This document shows, in pieces, positions 36,853 through 45,937 of a DNA stretch of 64,000 bases. This DNA is from a virus, in IMG/VR virus record IMGVR_UViG_3300037484_000731, positions 1-64,000 of that record, one strand, 5' to 3'. A model generated the notes under the pieces. It was not told the origin of the DNA, ran no database searches, and saw nothing but the letters and a program-made list of their open reading frames with translations. The position numbers were made by a program, and so were the translations under genes. Within the stretch, counting starts at the first letter, position 1; each line of letters begins with the position of its first letter.

Positions 36853-37256
36853 ATTTTATCTGCTATTCTTCGATATAATTTTTCTAAATCGATGTTCCAA
36901 TTATCTTTTATCACTCCAGTCTTGAGATTATTAAGTATGGTCTCTTTATTGAAATAGAGTCTGATATTGTTCTGCAATGCAGTGGCTATTTCCCTTCTCG
37001 TGCCAATTGATTTTTCCCATTCTGGCATTACAAATACCACGTCACATATCTTAAGTATTCTCAGATTCGCATCCATCACAAATTTATCGTATTTTGGATG
37101 ATTGAGCCAGCCCGAATTAAGATGAGGGCTGTAAACTATAAAGCCAGCTTCCCAGAAGAGCTTAGCATATTGCCTTGCTTTCCTTCTATTTAATATCACT
37201 CTCAGCCAGTTCCCTCTCAGACGACCAGCCAGATATAAGATGTACGCCGTTTCCAT
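36849..37256 (-). CDS. hypothetical protein (nucleoside 2-deoxyribosyltransferase-like / DUF4406-like)
   Basis: YILYLAGRLRGNW resembles the YIAGP motif of that fold. Start trimmed to METAYIL (AAGGAG RBS) to remove a 128-nt overlap with the HNH gene. Confidence 0.35.
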   Translation of the reverse strand: METAYILYLAGRLRGNWLRVILNRRKARQYAKLFWEAGFIVYSPHLNSGWLNHPKYDKFVMDANLRILKICDVVFVMPEWEKSIGTRREIATALQNNIRLYFNKETILNNLKTGVIKDNWNIDLEKLYRRIADKI

Positions 37257-37257
37257 A

Positions 37258-37671
37258 CTATTTTCTCCTTTCATGCGGGCAATACCCATAAGCACCCATC
37301 GAACAATTACAATCCCAACAGAGAATCCTATATCCTTTAGGAAAATTATTTCGCTTAAGCCAACGATAAAAAGCAGTACCAGCATAAACTCCTATATTTT
37401 GCCTATGTTTATTACCCCCACCACCAATATGATCTATAGTAAGAAATTCTATTGCTTTCTTTTTATTACAGCAAGCACAGCGATCCCCATAATGAGAAAA
37501 AATTTCCTTCTTTAACTCCTGTCTATGTCTCTTCATATATTCTTTACGAGTCTTTTTACCCTTAGTAGAACTATTATATTTCTTTACAGATTTCCTTATA
37601 GCTATTTTACCTCTTTCTGTCTTGCGCCATTCTTTTTGATGTTCCTTACAATATTTTCCATTGTCGAACAT
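37258..37671 (-). CDS. HNH homing endonuclease, zinc-finger subfamily (paralog 5)
   Basis: GDRCACCNKKKAIEFLTIDHIGGGGNKHR...GYRILCWDCN...GYCPH. Confidence 0.75.
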   Translation of the reverse strand: MFDNGKYCKEHQKEWRKTERGKIAIRKSVKKYNSSTKGKKTRKEYMKRHRQELKKEIFSHYGDRCACCNKKKAIEFLTIDHIGGGGNKHRQNIGVYAGTAFYRWLKRNNFPKGYRILCWDCNCSMGAYGYCPHERRK

Positions 37672-37673
37672 TT

Positions 37674-38204
37674 TTACTCACCCAACACCTTATATAATTT
37701 ATCAATCGATGATCCCTGTACAGTGCTTAAAATCATCTCTCCATTAAAGAAGCTCCCACGATGAGCAAGCACCACACAAGTTATACTGTTATACTTCATT
37801 TTCTCTTTAACCCCGAAATACCAATCTTTCTCTTCAAACCTATCAAGTCCTTCATTCACCAGCCCCGTGTCATGCAGCACCGAAGCAAAAAGACTATGGT
37901 CGATTATTTTTCTTTTATCGAGCACTCCGGTGAATGTATATAGAAAAAGAATCCTCTCCAGATGACCAATAAGGGGCTGTGATAGCTTTAAATATCCAAG
38001 CTCTCCCATAATCATAACATATTTTTTATCTATCATCGACAACAGTACTATATCCATGGCCGATCTGTATTCATTCTTGAGCTTAGTCTGCCTATATGGA
38101 GTCAGTTTTCTCAACGCTGCCTTTAAGATTCCCTCGAAGGGGATAGTCACATATATCCCCCTCAAGGTTAAATCACTATGAACCACACCACTCGATATAA
38201 TCAA
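37674..38204 (-). CDS. hypothetical protein (weak HD-phosphohydrolase-like H...HD spacing)
   Basis: IGHLERI followed 28 aa later by SVLHDTG; 176 aa. Suggestive only. Confidence 0.3.
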   Translation of the reverse strand: MIISSGVVHSDLTLRGIYVTIPFEGILKAALRKLTPYRQTKLKNEYRSAMDIVLLSMIDKKYVMIMGELGYLKLSQPLIGHLERILFLYTFTGVLDKRKIIDHSLFASVLHDTGLVNEGLDRFEEKDWYFGVKEKMKYNSITCVVLAHRGSFFNGEMILSTVQGSSIDKLYKVLGE

Positions 38205-39148
38205 GCTTGTTCACCCATCCATTTTGTTCTACGTATACGCCCAGTCTCACACTTATCCGCCACGGAACAGTACTGTTCACATTTCCGGCCATCCCATGAC
38301 TCCTCATCAGTACACGGTTGTAGACACTTCACATCATCAAGAGCCTTAAGCAAAGCTGTCCTCTTACTAACGAAATATGAACGGACAGCGACATCATCAA
38401 GTACTGGGATTGGTATCATATAAATCTTTTCATCCAATCCCCGCTGCTGGGCTATTTGCAACCCGCCGTCACGGACAAGAGCCTGTACTCTCATCTCATC
38501 CACGTCGAAGCCCATTTCATTAATACCCAGCCGGTAATAATTTGTCTGCCTAATCCAATCAAGACAGTCCTGTCTGCGAATGTCACGCTTCCAGACTTTA
38601 ACTAACTTATTATCTCCCTTCAGTCTGGTAATCTGCTCGCCATTCTCAGGATTTGTGATATTAGTCCTTTGTTTGTATTGATTTTTGGTGTCTTCTTCTA
38701 AGACTGCGTATAGACCGATAGCCTTTGCTATTTTATATGACCCCGACACCTTATAATCTGTTAGAATATTCCAGCCATCTTCAGTCTCCAGAAGGTCGGG
38801 GCGCATTGATATGCCGTCCTTGGTTGTGTATTGGAGATCACCTTCAGCAAGACTATTTCCAAACTCGTTCTCTTCCAGATTCTTATGAACAGTCGTACCG
38901 AGTAATTTAAACGTACTTTCCTGCGGACTTTCAGCATAATCCTCAGTAATAAGTAGAAATGCTTCCATTGTCCCCCTGATAAGTTGAGTGACTGATGGTA
39001 TCCCTGCCCACTTGCGCTGTTTTCCCAGAGATGTTAATGTTGATTTTGTTAGACATCTCTTTTTGAGACGACAGCCCCCATCCGCTAAACAAGTAGCTAT
39101 CTCTGATTGTTGCCCGTCTGGGCAAATGAAGTACTTAAGCATTGACAT
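38201..39148 (-). CDS. PD-(D/E)XK nuclease with Cys cluster (Cas4/RecB-nuclease-domain-like)
   Basis: RPDLLE...ILTDYK (motif II/III), N-terminal CLADGGCRLKKRC and C-terminal CLQPC...CEQYCSVADKC cysteines, as in Fe-S Cas4-type nucleases. Confidence 0.5.
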   Translation of the reverse strand: MSMLKYFICPDGQQSEIATCLADGGCRLKKRCLTKSTLTSLGKQRKWAGIPSVTQLIRGTMEAFLLITEDYAESPQESTFKLLGTTVHKNLEENEFGNSLAEGDLQYTTKDGISMRPDLLETEDGWNILTDYKVSGSYKIAKAIGLYAVLEEDTKNQYKQRTNITNPENGEQITRLKGDNKLVKVWKRDIRRQDCLDWIRQTNYYRLGINEMGFDVDEMRVQALVRDGGLQIAQQRGLDEKIYMIPIPVLDDVAVRSYFVSKRTALLKALDDVKCLQPCTDEESWDGRKCEQYCSVADKCETGRIRRTKWMGEQA

Positions 39149-39298
39149 ATCTCCTTTATTTTATTTTTATAGCAACAGTCCTGTTGCCTACTTTCCTACG
39201 CTTCCCTTTTTTAGTATACAGAATACGGTCAGCGAACTCCATCACACGACCGTATTTGTCATACGTGTTACCATACCTATCAATGAAATACTTTTGTT

Positions 39299-40129
39299 TC
39301 ATTTTCTTTTTGTGTACTGAAGCATCAAACTCCATAGAGCAACATTCATTGCCGTGCTTTGCCTGATATTAGCTAATGGTCTTGTCGGCTGTACATATCG
39401 ATCCGTCCCATTAGTGGCTACATAGTCAATGCCTCCCTTAATAACATTTTCCTGCACTCTATTAAATACGCTCCATAGTGTGTCATTATCATCCGCCGGT
39501 CTGCGTACCTTTAAGAGATCATTAGGATTAGTATTCTTCTTGCCCTCAAATCTGATCTGATGTGCCTTTTTTGCAAAAGCAGCGATTTCACGCTTTGTCA
39601 ACCGGATAGATTCTGCAGTTTTGATCTGCTGATTAGCTACTTCAATTTTTTCGTACATGACTTGCAGCTTCTGCAATATATCATGCTTGAGTACATATTT
39701 ATAGTGTATTTCCCTGATCTGAGTCTCTATCTCACCCATGACAAGCCCATTCTCGCATACCTTAATAAAATACCCAAGGAAGGCTCGAAAAGCGTTCCTG
39801 CCGTCATGTGCATTAATGGTCAAAAGCTCCGGCACATATTTCAGTCTGTTATCCAAATTGTCCTTGTGCCGGAAAGTGACCATATGCTTGCCCCAAGTTG
39901 AGAGGTCAAGTACTCGCTGTTTTCCTTTTTGTACTGACTTATCCTGCACAGCCTTAACCGGTACAAAGTTATGCTTCTCAAGTTCACCTACTATGTCGAT
40001 CGTCGGCACAAAAAGATACTTATCGCTTACTCTCGAATGCGGACGAGTAGCGAATACTGCTGGAGTGTTGGCAAATATTGACTTATTCATAATATCACTC
40101 CTGACCGTTATCATCGAAAGTGGAGTCAT
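39299..40129 (-). CDS. hypothetical protein (possible DUF932-like)
   Basis: TINAHDGRNAF resembles the NSHDGS core of DUF932 phage/plasmid proteins; weak. Confidence 0.35.
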   Translation of the reverse strand: MTPLSMITVRSDIMNKSIFANTPAVFATRPHSRVSDKYLFVPTIDIVGELEKHNFVPVKAVQDKSVQKGKQRVLDLSTWGKHMVTFRHKDNLDNRLKYVPELLTINAHDGRNAFRAFLGYFIKVCENGLVMGEIETQIREIHYKYVLKHDILQKLQVMYEKIEVANQQIKTAESIRLTKREIAAFAKKAHQIRFEGKKNTNPNDLLKVRRPADDNDTLWSVFNRVQENVIKGGIDYVATNGTDRYVQPTRPLANIRQSTAMNVALWSLMLQYTKRK

Positions 40130-40505
40130 AGTCTGCTTTAATCTCTCTGATTCTTGTCCGGATTAATTTACCAAAAAAATCAGTGACTTCTTTATCCCGA
40201 CCGAGGATAGTCTTGAGTTCAGTAAAATAATCATCAAGTTTAATCCCCCTGATACCAGCCTCGACTATATATCGACCGAAATTGGCATTAAAGAAGTCAA
40301 TAAAATTTGTAGCAGAATCTGTAGCATCCTCATTAGATGAATACATTGCCTTATCGAATGCACTCCATTTATTCTCAAGTACATCTTTGGCAAGTTGTAA
40401 CTTACGTAACCACAATTTTATTGTATTCTGTAAGTGACTATTCTCCATCGAATGGATAGGCATCTGTACACCCTCTTTGGTGATGTGAATGTATTGTTTG
40501 TTCAT
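40095..40505 (-). CDS. hypothetical protein
   Basis: 136 aa. Confidence 0.4.
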   Translation of the reverse strand: MNKQYIHITKEGVQMPIHSMENSHLQNTIKLWLRKLQLAKDVLENKWSAFDKAMYSSNEDATDSATNFIDFFNANFGRYIVEAGIRGIKLDDYFTELKTILGRDKEVTDFFGKLIRTRIREIKADYDSTFDDNGQE

Positions 40506-40541
40506 GGCATCCTCCTTTTGGCTTGAACTTTGACTTCCTTT

Positions 40542-41159
40542 TCAAATTCCATTAGATTCGACAGGTATATTTTCAACCTGATTTTTCTTCTTTCTGCCAC
40601 CTCTCGCCCCGTAATATCTCGCTGAATAACAGGTAAGAATTTTCATAATATCCTCTGCTAATTCTTCTTCGTATTTCTTTTCTTTGGTTTCCATTATCTC
40701 TACTTCGATTTCAAGATTCGTAAAGATTGCATCAAGATATTCATAGCCAAATCGGGCAAGTCTGTCTTTATATTCAATCAGCACCCGTTCAACTTTACCT
40801 TCAAAACACATCTTGATTAACTTATGTATGCCGTTCCGCTTTTCGTTTATTCCACTGGCAATCTCGTCAATCAAAACATACTTGTAGCCTTTGGCTTCTG
40901 CGTGTTTCCGTAACCTGTCTTTCTGCCGTTCAAGATTCTCTTTCTGTTTTGCCGTTGAGCATCTTGCATAAATCACAGTCAACTTTTCTTGCTTCTCTTT
41001 CTCGACTCCCATATAAGCGTCTAAGTCTTCCTGACGAAAACGCCTATGCTCACCAGTAGTCTTGAAAGATTTTATCTTTCCGTTGTTGGCAAGCGTCTTG
41101 AGTGTGTTGATAGACACCCCAAGATAATCGCTTGCTTTTGTGATTTTATAGATTTTCAT
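40542..41159 (-). CDS. small serine recombinase with N-terminal MerR-type HTH (IS607 TnpA-like architecture)
   Basis: HTH YLGVSINTLKTLANNGKI first, then the catalytic TVIYARCSTAKQ (YARVSxxxQ) resolvase motif; 205 aa. Confidence 0.7.
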   Translation of the reverse strand: MKIYKITKASDYLGVSINTLKTLANNGKIKSFKTTGEHRRFRQEDLDAYMGVEKEKQEKLTVIYARCSTAKQKENLERQKDRLRKHAEAKGYKYVLIDEIASGINEKRNGIHKLIKMCFEGKVERVLIEYKDRLARFGYEYLDAIFTNLEIEVEIMETKEKKYEEELAEDIMKILTCYSARYYGARGGRKKKNQVENIPVESNGI

Positions 41160-41698
41160 ACTTCATTGCCCCAAACGTCCCATCCTTCGGTCTTTTGCCG
41201 AGCAAAAAGCTCTATTCTGGGTAAATCACCAACCAACTCAATAATTCTTTTTTTTGCTTCATCCGGTTTTTTACTATGTCCCTCAATTGGTGTGTCTATA
41301 ACGGAATGGACGCCAGCATTAATTCTTTTTGGGTTTCCTTTAGTGGCAAGCAGGCACAGTTCAGCATTCGCTCGTGTCCAGCGACCCATACCCCAAAACC
41401 AGCTCCCGCTTTTTTTGTTTCTTTTCACCCAAGTGAAAGAAACTGTTTTATACGAAAAGCCCCATTTTTCTATAAGATCCCAGCACTCGTTTAGTTTTGG
41501 CATAGTTACCCACAAAAAAAGAACGCAGTCTTTATCTGCTATATCTGAAACAGGCAAGTTATCTATCCAATCTTTTTCTTGCACTTGATACTTGCAACCT
41601 GCTCCTCGATTACCAGCCAACGCTTTATCTTTGTAACTCCACGGTGGGTCAGCGTAAATAATCTGATACTTCTTGTTTGGAAATGGTATTTGTTCCAT
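41156..41698 (-). CDS. MT-A70/Dam-like DNA N6-adenine methyltransferase
   Basis: IIYADPPWSY (DPPW catalytic motif) near the N-terminus; 180 aa. Confidence 0.8.
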   Translation of the reverse strand: MEQIPFPNKKYQIIYADPPWSYKDKALAGNRGAGCKYQVQEKDWIDNLPVSDIADKDCVLFLWVTMPKLNECWDLIEKWGFSYKTVSFTWVKRNKKSGSWFWGMGRWTRANAELCLLATKGNPKRINAGVHSVIDTPIEGHSKKPDEAKKRIIELVGDLPRIELFARQKTEGWDVWGNEV

Positions 41699-41843
41699 CT
41701 TTTAACTCCTTAACTAATTTCTCGTTTGCATCCACAATCTTCTGCATATCCTCAACAGATATTTCTTTTTCCAAAGGCTCGAAGAAATAAACCTTCTCGT
41801 CCTCGGTCTGAAAATACTCTTTCGTTACTTTGATGACTTTCAT
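41649..41843 (-). CDS. hypothetical small acidic protein
   Basis: 64 aa; AAGGAG RBS. Confidence 0.45.
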   Translation of the reverse strand: MKVIKVTKEYFQTEDEKVYFFEPLEKEISVEDMQKIVDANEKLVKELKDGTNTISKQEVSDYLR

Positions 41844-41856
41844 ATTTCACTCCTTA

Positions 41857-41885
41857 AATATACACTATTTCTGGTTAAAAAGCAA
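41857..41885 (-). promoter_or_regulatory. sigma70-like promoter candidate (TTGCTT-17nt-TATATT) upstream of the 41843 gene
   Basis: Read on the minus strand within the 180-bp gap below dnaE; hexamer match only. Confidence 0.25.
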
Positions 41886-42023
41886 GTGATTTTAACCGAT
41901 TTCTTTTGATTTTGTTGGATTTTCATAAGCAGTTATAACCTCCTATCGGACAAGACATATTCCGCTTGTACCAGTCAGCATCCATACGATCCCCCGCATA
42001 ATTATAATATTCAAGTCTATTAC

Positions 42024-44984
42024 TCATGGCTTTTCCCTCTTAAGCTTAGTCTTATCGACCTCTTTTACACGGTTGGCCAGTAGACCACGTCCATATGACA
42101 GGCAGAAATCATACATCTTACCAACAGTCACGTTCCCTATTTGCTGCCAGACACTCGGAAATACCGTAATCTCATAAACCCCAGTCATGTCCTCTATATT
42201 AAGGAAGGCCATTTTATCTCCCTTCTTTGTGTATATCTCCTTCTTCTTCACGACGTACGCCAGAACATCAACATACTGAAGTGAGTTAAGGTCTTTGATT
42301 TGATGATAACCCTCGACATATTTAGTCAGATCGTGGATGATCCGACCGCACACGGCATATTGATCAAACATCAGATCAAAAGTGTCGTCCACATCAATTG
42401 ACGCAAGTAATTCGTCTTTATCAAACTCCTTACCATCAAAAGCACCGGCAATAAATAGACTTTTAACGGCGGTTTTATTAATGAGCTTCTTTGGTACTCG
42501 CTTCTCAAAATCCTTCCAATTTTCAAATCCATCTCCCCGTATTCCGAGTAATTGCTTGGCTGTAGCCTCACTAATATACTTGACCCCCGCAAGTCCGGCA
42601 ATAAGGTGACCATTTCTCACAATATATTCATATTTACTACTATTAATGTTGACATTATCAATCTTTATTCCTCTACGCTTCAGAGCATTGATATATAATG
42701 ACAAAGTCGCACTATCGCCCGTGTTATTAATACAGGCAGCATAAAACTCCATAGGATATTTACATGCGAGATATGCTGTCTCATAACAAATTCTCGTATA
42801 AGCCACAGCATGACCAAGATTCCATGTATACTTACTAAACTTATCAATAATTTCCCATGTCTCCTGCGCCTGAGCTACATCGATTCCCTTCTTGGTACAT
42901 CGATCAATGAACGTATGTTTCTGTTTCTCCATAAGTTCCGGTATTTTCTTACCAATAGCCTTTCTTACGTCATCTGCTTCCGATTGTGTATAATCCGCAA
43001 GAGCAACAAATACCTGCATGATCTGCTCCTGATAAAGTGGCAGCTCCATCGTATGACTCATAATTCCCTTAAGCAAAGGATGCAACGGTTCAATCTGCTC
43101 AATCCCGCCCTTCCTTCTTATGTATCTGTCCGTGAGTCCGGAAAGCAGCGCAGCAGACCTACCAAGCGTATTGAGATCAACCAATTCTTTAAAATTATGA
43201 GGTTGTATTCCCTCTATGACTACACGATAATTATGTGTGTCCCACTGAAAGACGCCCTCAATATGTAACTGATTGATGAAATAATAAACTTCTTTTTCAT
43301 CGATTGGAATAGCATCAAGCCATTTTATATAGTCCGACGTTTTCTTATTTGGCATTATAAAGCCCAGAGCATCCAGCATGATCTGCAGCGTATTTAACCC
43401 CAAGATATCAAATTTAGCAATACCGAGATATTCGAGATAATCCTGAGTATACTGAGTTGATGTAACCTCTCCAAATTTACAGAACGGGACAAGTCCCTGC
43501 ATGTCACTCGCTGAAATCGCAATACCGCTCGCATGAATACCATACGACTTTGATAATCCCTCAAGCTTATATGCGACATCAAACATATTCTTAAATAAGT
43601 TGTCCTGCTCATTCTTCGCATAAATTTCTGAATCCTTAATCAGATCGAGAGTCAAATGCTGATCCATAGGAAAGCTCTTTATAATACTATCCATGTCCTG
43701 AGTTAGATTACCCGAAATTCGACAGGCCGAACGCATAGCCATCCTCGCTCCCATAGTCGTTACTGTCAGAATGTTGCTGCACATGTCCTCGCCATATTTC
43801 TTCTTTAAGTATTCAATGATCGGCTGTCTATCCTTGGGACTGAAGTCAAGGTCAATATCCGGCAGCGTCTTTCTTCCTTTATTCAAAAACCGATCAAACG
43901 GGATGCCTATATCAAGATCATATGGGTGTACTGGGTCGACCCTCGTTATTCCAAGTAGATATGCAATAAGACAGCCCCCAACACTACCACGGCCAGCCGA
44001 TATGTACCCAGTCAATTTATCATTACAGTGGTCGATGATATCCTTCACCATCATGAAATAATCAACATAACCAAAGTCTATAATTGTTTGTATTTCATAA
44101 TCAAGTCTATCCCTATACTCCTTCCGATTGAGCTTCTTGCTCTTGAGTTTTGTGTAAAGAGTTGATATGAACTCGTCATCAGTAATTCCCATTCTTGGGA
44201 GCTGTACTTCAAACTTGTCTATATGATAATCCTCAATCTGATCAAGTAATCCCCATAAATTATCCAGCTCCTTATCAAATCCGTCCCAGTCGTTGATGTT
44301 CGGATAATAAAACATGTTTGGATACTTCCGTTCCCATACAACCTTGAGGATCGTGTTTTCATTTATGGCCAAGTAATACTGCCAGAGATCAAATTCGGCA
44401 GCAGTCATATATCGTGCCTCTCCGGTAACTATGTGCGGGATATCTTCAAATTCATATAAGTTCTTGTCCTTCCTGTGCATAAAAATTTCACCATATAAGT
44501 CCTTCTTGAAGATGCCCCGCAGCTTGACAAAATCCTCAGTCGCCTCCTTCATACTCTTATTATCGAGGTGTAGAGCGATGCTGCTATCCACCGAATTAAT
44601 GAGACATATTAGTCCTTTACTATACTTCTTAAGAGTCTTAAAATCAACCCTTGGTACTTGATAAAATCCACTTAGGTGTGCAAATGTCGAAAGCCTGATC
44701 AGATTCTTGTATCCAGTCTCATTCTTAGCAATAAGCGTCAACTTGCTCGATATTCTATTATATCGCTGCATCAGCATATCTACGTCGCCCCAAGCGAGAT
44801 TGGTGTCCAGTCCAATGACCGGCTTCTTGTTATTCTCCTTACAGGCTTTATAAAATTCTATAGCATCAATCATGTTTGGATTAGTGATACATATCACCGG
44901 ACTCTTATGAGTCACAAGCTGATCAACCGTAATAATAGATTCCAACGATGCATTAGTTGTAAAAGTATGAAGATTTGGTATCAT
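42024..44984 (-). CDS. dnaE: DNA polymerase III alpha-type (DnaE family) replicative polymerase
   Basis: 986 aa; GRGSVGGCLIAYLLGITRVDPV...FDRFLNKGRKTLPDIDLDF matches the DnaE palm/active-site region. Confidence 0.9.
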   Translation of the reverse strand: MIPNLHTFTTNASLESIITVDQLVTHKSPVICITNPNMIDAIEFYKACKENNKKPVIGLDTNLAWGDVDMLMQRYNRISSKLTLIAKNETGYKNLIRLSTFAHLSGFYQVPRVDFKTLKKYSKGLICLINSVDSSIALHLDNKSMKEATEDFVKLRGIFKKDLYGEIFMHRKDKNLYEFEDIPHIVTGEARYMTAAEFDLWQYYLAINENTILKVVWERKYPNMFYYPNINDWDGFDKELDNLWGLLDQIEDYHIDKFEVQLPRMGITDDEFISTLYTKLKSKKLNRKEYRDRLDYEIQTIIDFGYVDYFMMVKDIIDHCNDKLTGYISAGRGSVGGCLIAYLLGITRVDPVHPYDLDIGIPFDRFLNKGRKTLPDIDLDFSPKDRQPIIEYLKKKYGEDMCSNILTVTTMGARMAMRSACRISGNLTQDMDSIIKSFPMDQHLTLDLIKDSEIYAKNEQDNLFKNMFDVAYKLEGLSKSYGIHASGIAISASDMQGLVPFCKFGEVTSTQYTQDYLEYLGIAKFDILGLNTLQIMLDALGFIMPNKKTSDYIKWLDAIPIDEKEVYYFINQLHIEGVFQWDTHNYRVVIEGIQPHNFKELVDLNTLGRSAALLSGLTDRYIRRKGGIEQIEPLHPLLKGIMSHTMELPLYQEQIMQVFVALADYTQSEADDVRKAIGKKIPELMEKQKHTFIDRCTKKGIDVAQAQETWEIIDKFSKYTWNLGHAVAYTRICYETAYLACKYPMEFYAACINNTGDSATLSLYINALKRRGIKIDNVNINSSKYEYIVRNGHLIAGLAGVKYISEATAKQLLGIRGDGFENWKDFEKRVPKKLINKTAVKSLFIAGAFDGKEFDKDELLASIDVDDTFDLMFDQYAVCGRIIHDLTKYVEGYHQIKDLNSLQYVDVLAYVVKKKEIYTKKGDKMAFLNIEDMTGVYEITVFPSVWQQIGNVTVGKMYDFCLSYGRGLLANRVKEVDKTKLKREKP

Positions 44985-44987
44985 TTT

Positions 44988-45434
44988 TTATTCCTCTTCA
45001 TTTATATCGACCCCGTAATAGTCAACAAACAAAATTGTCCGACTGTTTTTCTTCGCCATAATCTTGACATATGTATTCAGCCATTTTGCCAGATACCCCT
45101 TAACGTACGAGGAAAAGGGAGCTACTGGCGGAAACTTGTAATATAAGACTCTCCGGAAAAATTCACCCCTCAACATCTGACTTAATTCTAAATAATCCTC
45201 TTTATATAGCGATCCTCGATACTTATTATATGCTACATTTAGTATCTTATCCAGTAAGAACTTATGCAGAGTAAGTAGTAATTCAAATACATGCTGATTC
45301 CAAGTGATCCGGAAGAGTAAAATTAATGTATCGACCTGCACTGTCGAAGTTTTTTTGTTAGCCTCAAAATATGCCTTCACCAGAGAGACATAAGCCTCAA
45401 CTTGAGATGGCAATATTTCGAATTGAACTTTCAT
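44988..45434 (-). CDS. hypothetical protein
   Basis: 148 aa. Confidence 0.4.
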   Translation of the reverse strand: MKVQFEILPSQVEAYVSLVKAYFEANKKTSTVQVDTLILLFRITWNQHVFELLLTLHKFLLDKILNVAYNKYRGSLYKEDYLELSQMLRGEFFRRVLYYKFPPVAPFSSYVKGYLAKWLNTYVKIMAKKNSRTILFVDYYGVDINEEE

Positions 45435-45937
45435 AGGCCAGATGATCCAAACCCTTGATTATTCCGTACTGTATGATCAAATTTAGAAAATACCTCACAC
45501 TCAAACTCACGTTCATCTTTAGTTTCAAAACTTACACTCGTGTGAGGTAGTACTATGAGTTGAGCAATCCTAATTGATGGTGGAAGATGTATTTGCTCAG
45601 CAGTCGTATTATAGACCTTTATAAATAATTCCCCCGTATAATCGGCATCAATGACAGCACTATCAACTAACAACCCGTGTTTGATCATCGTACTTGACCG
45701 GCCAACCAAGAGCATCCACATTGGACGCTTGCTTTTAAGATATACGTTAGTATGGATGTTCGCTCTGCTGTTCGGTTTAATATTAACTGATTCCGACGTA
45801 TAAAGATCATATCCTGCATCATTGTGGAAGACCTTCATTGGAACTTTACCACCCTTACCAAGTCCAATTACACAATTATATGAAAAAAGCCAACTACTTA
45901 CCCACTTTTTAAGCTTATTGTTGATTTGATTTAACAT
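45431..45937 (-). CDS. dut: dUTP pyrophosphatase
   Basis: AGYDL, GRSS and VIDADYTGEL motifs. The real start may be the internal MKVFHNDAGYDL. Confidence 0.85.
   Translation of the reverse strand: MLNQINNKLKKWVSSWLFSYNCVIGLGKGGKVPMKVFHNDAGYDLYTSESVNIKPNSRANIHTNVYLKSKRPMWMLLVGRSSTMIKHGLLVDSAVIDADYTGELFIKVYNTTAEQIHLPPSIRIAQLIVLPHTSVSFETKDEREFECEVFSKFDHTVRNNQGFGSSGL

Noticed and set aside
40542-41159. Interpreting the serine recombinase as a large serine phage integrase
   Set aside because: It is only 205 aa and lacks the large C-terminal recombinase and zinc-ribbon domains. Its architecture is the HTH-first IS607-TnpA type
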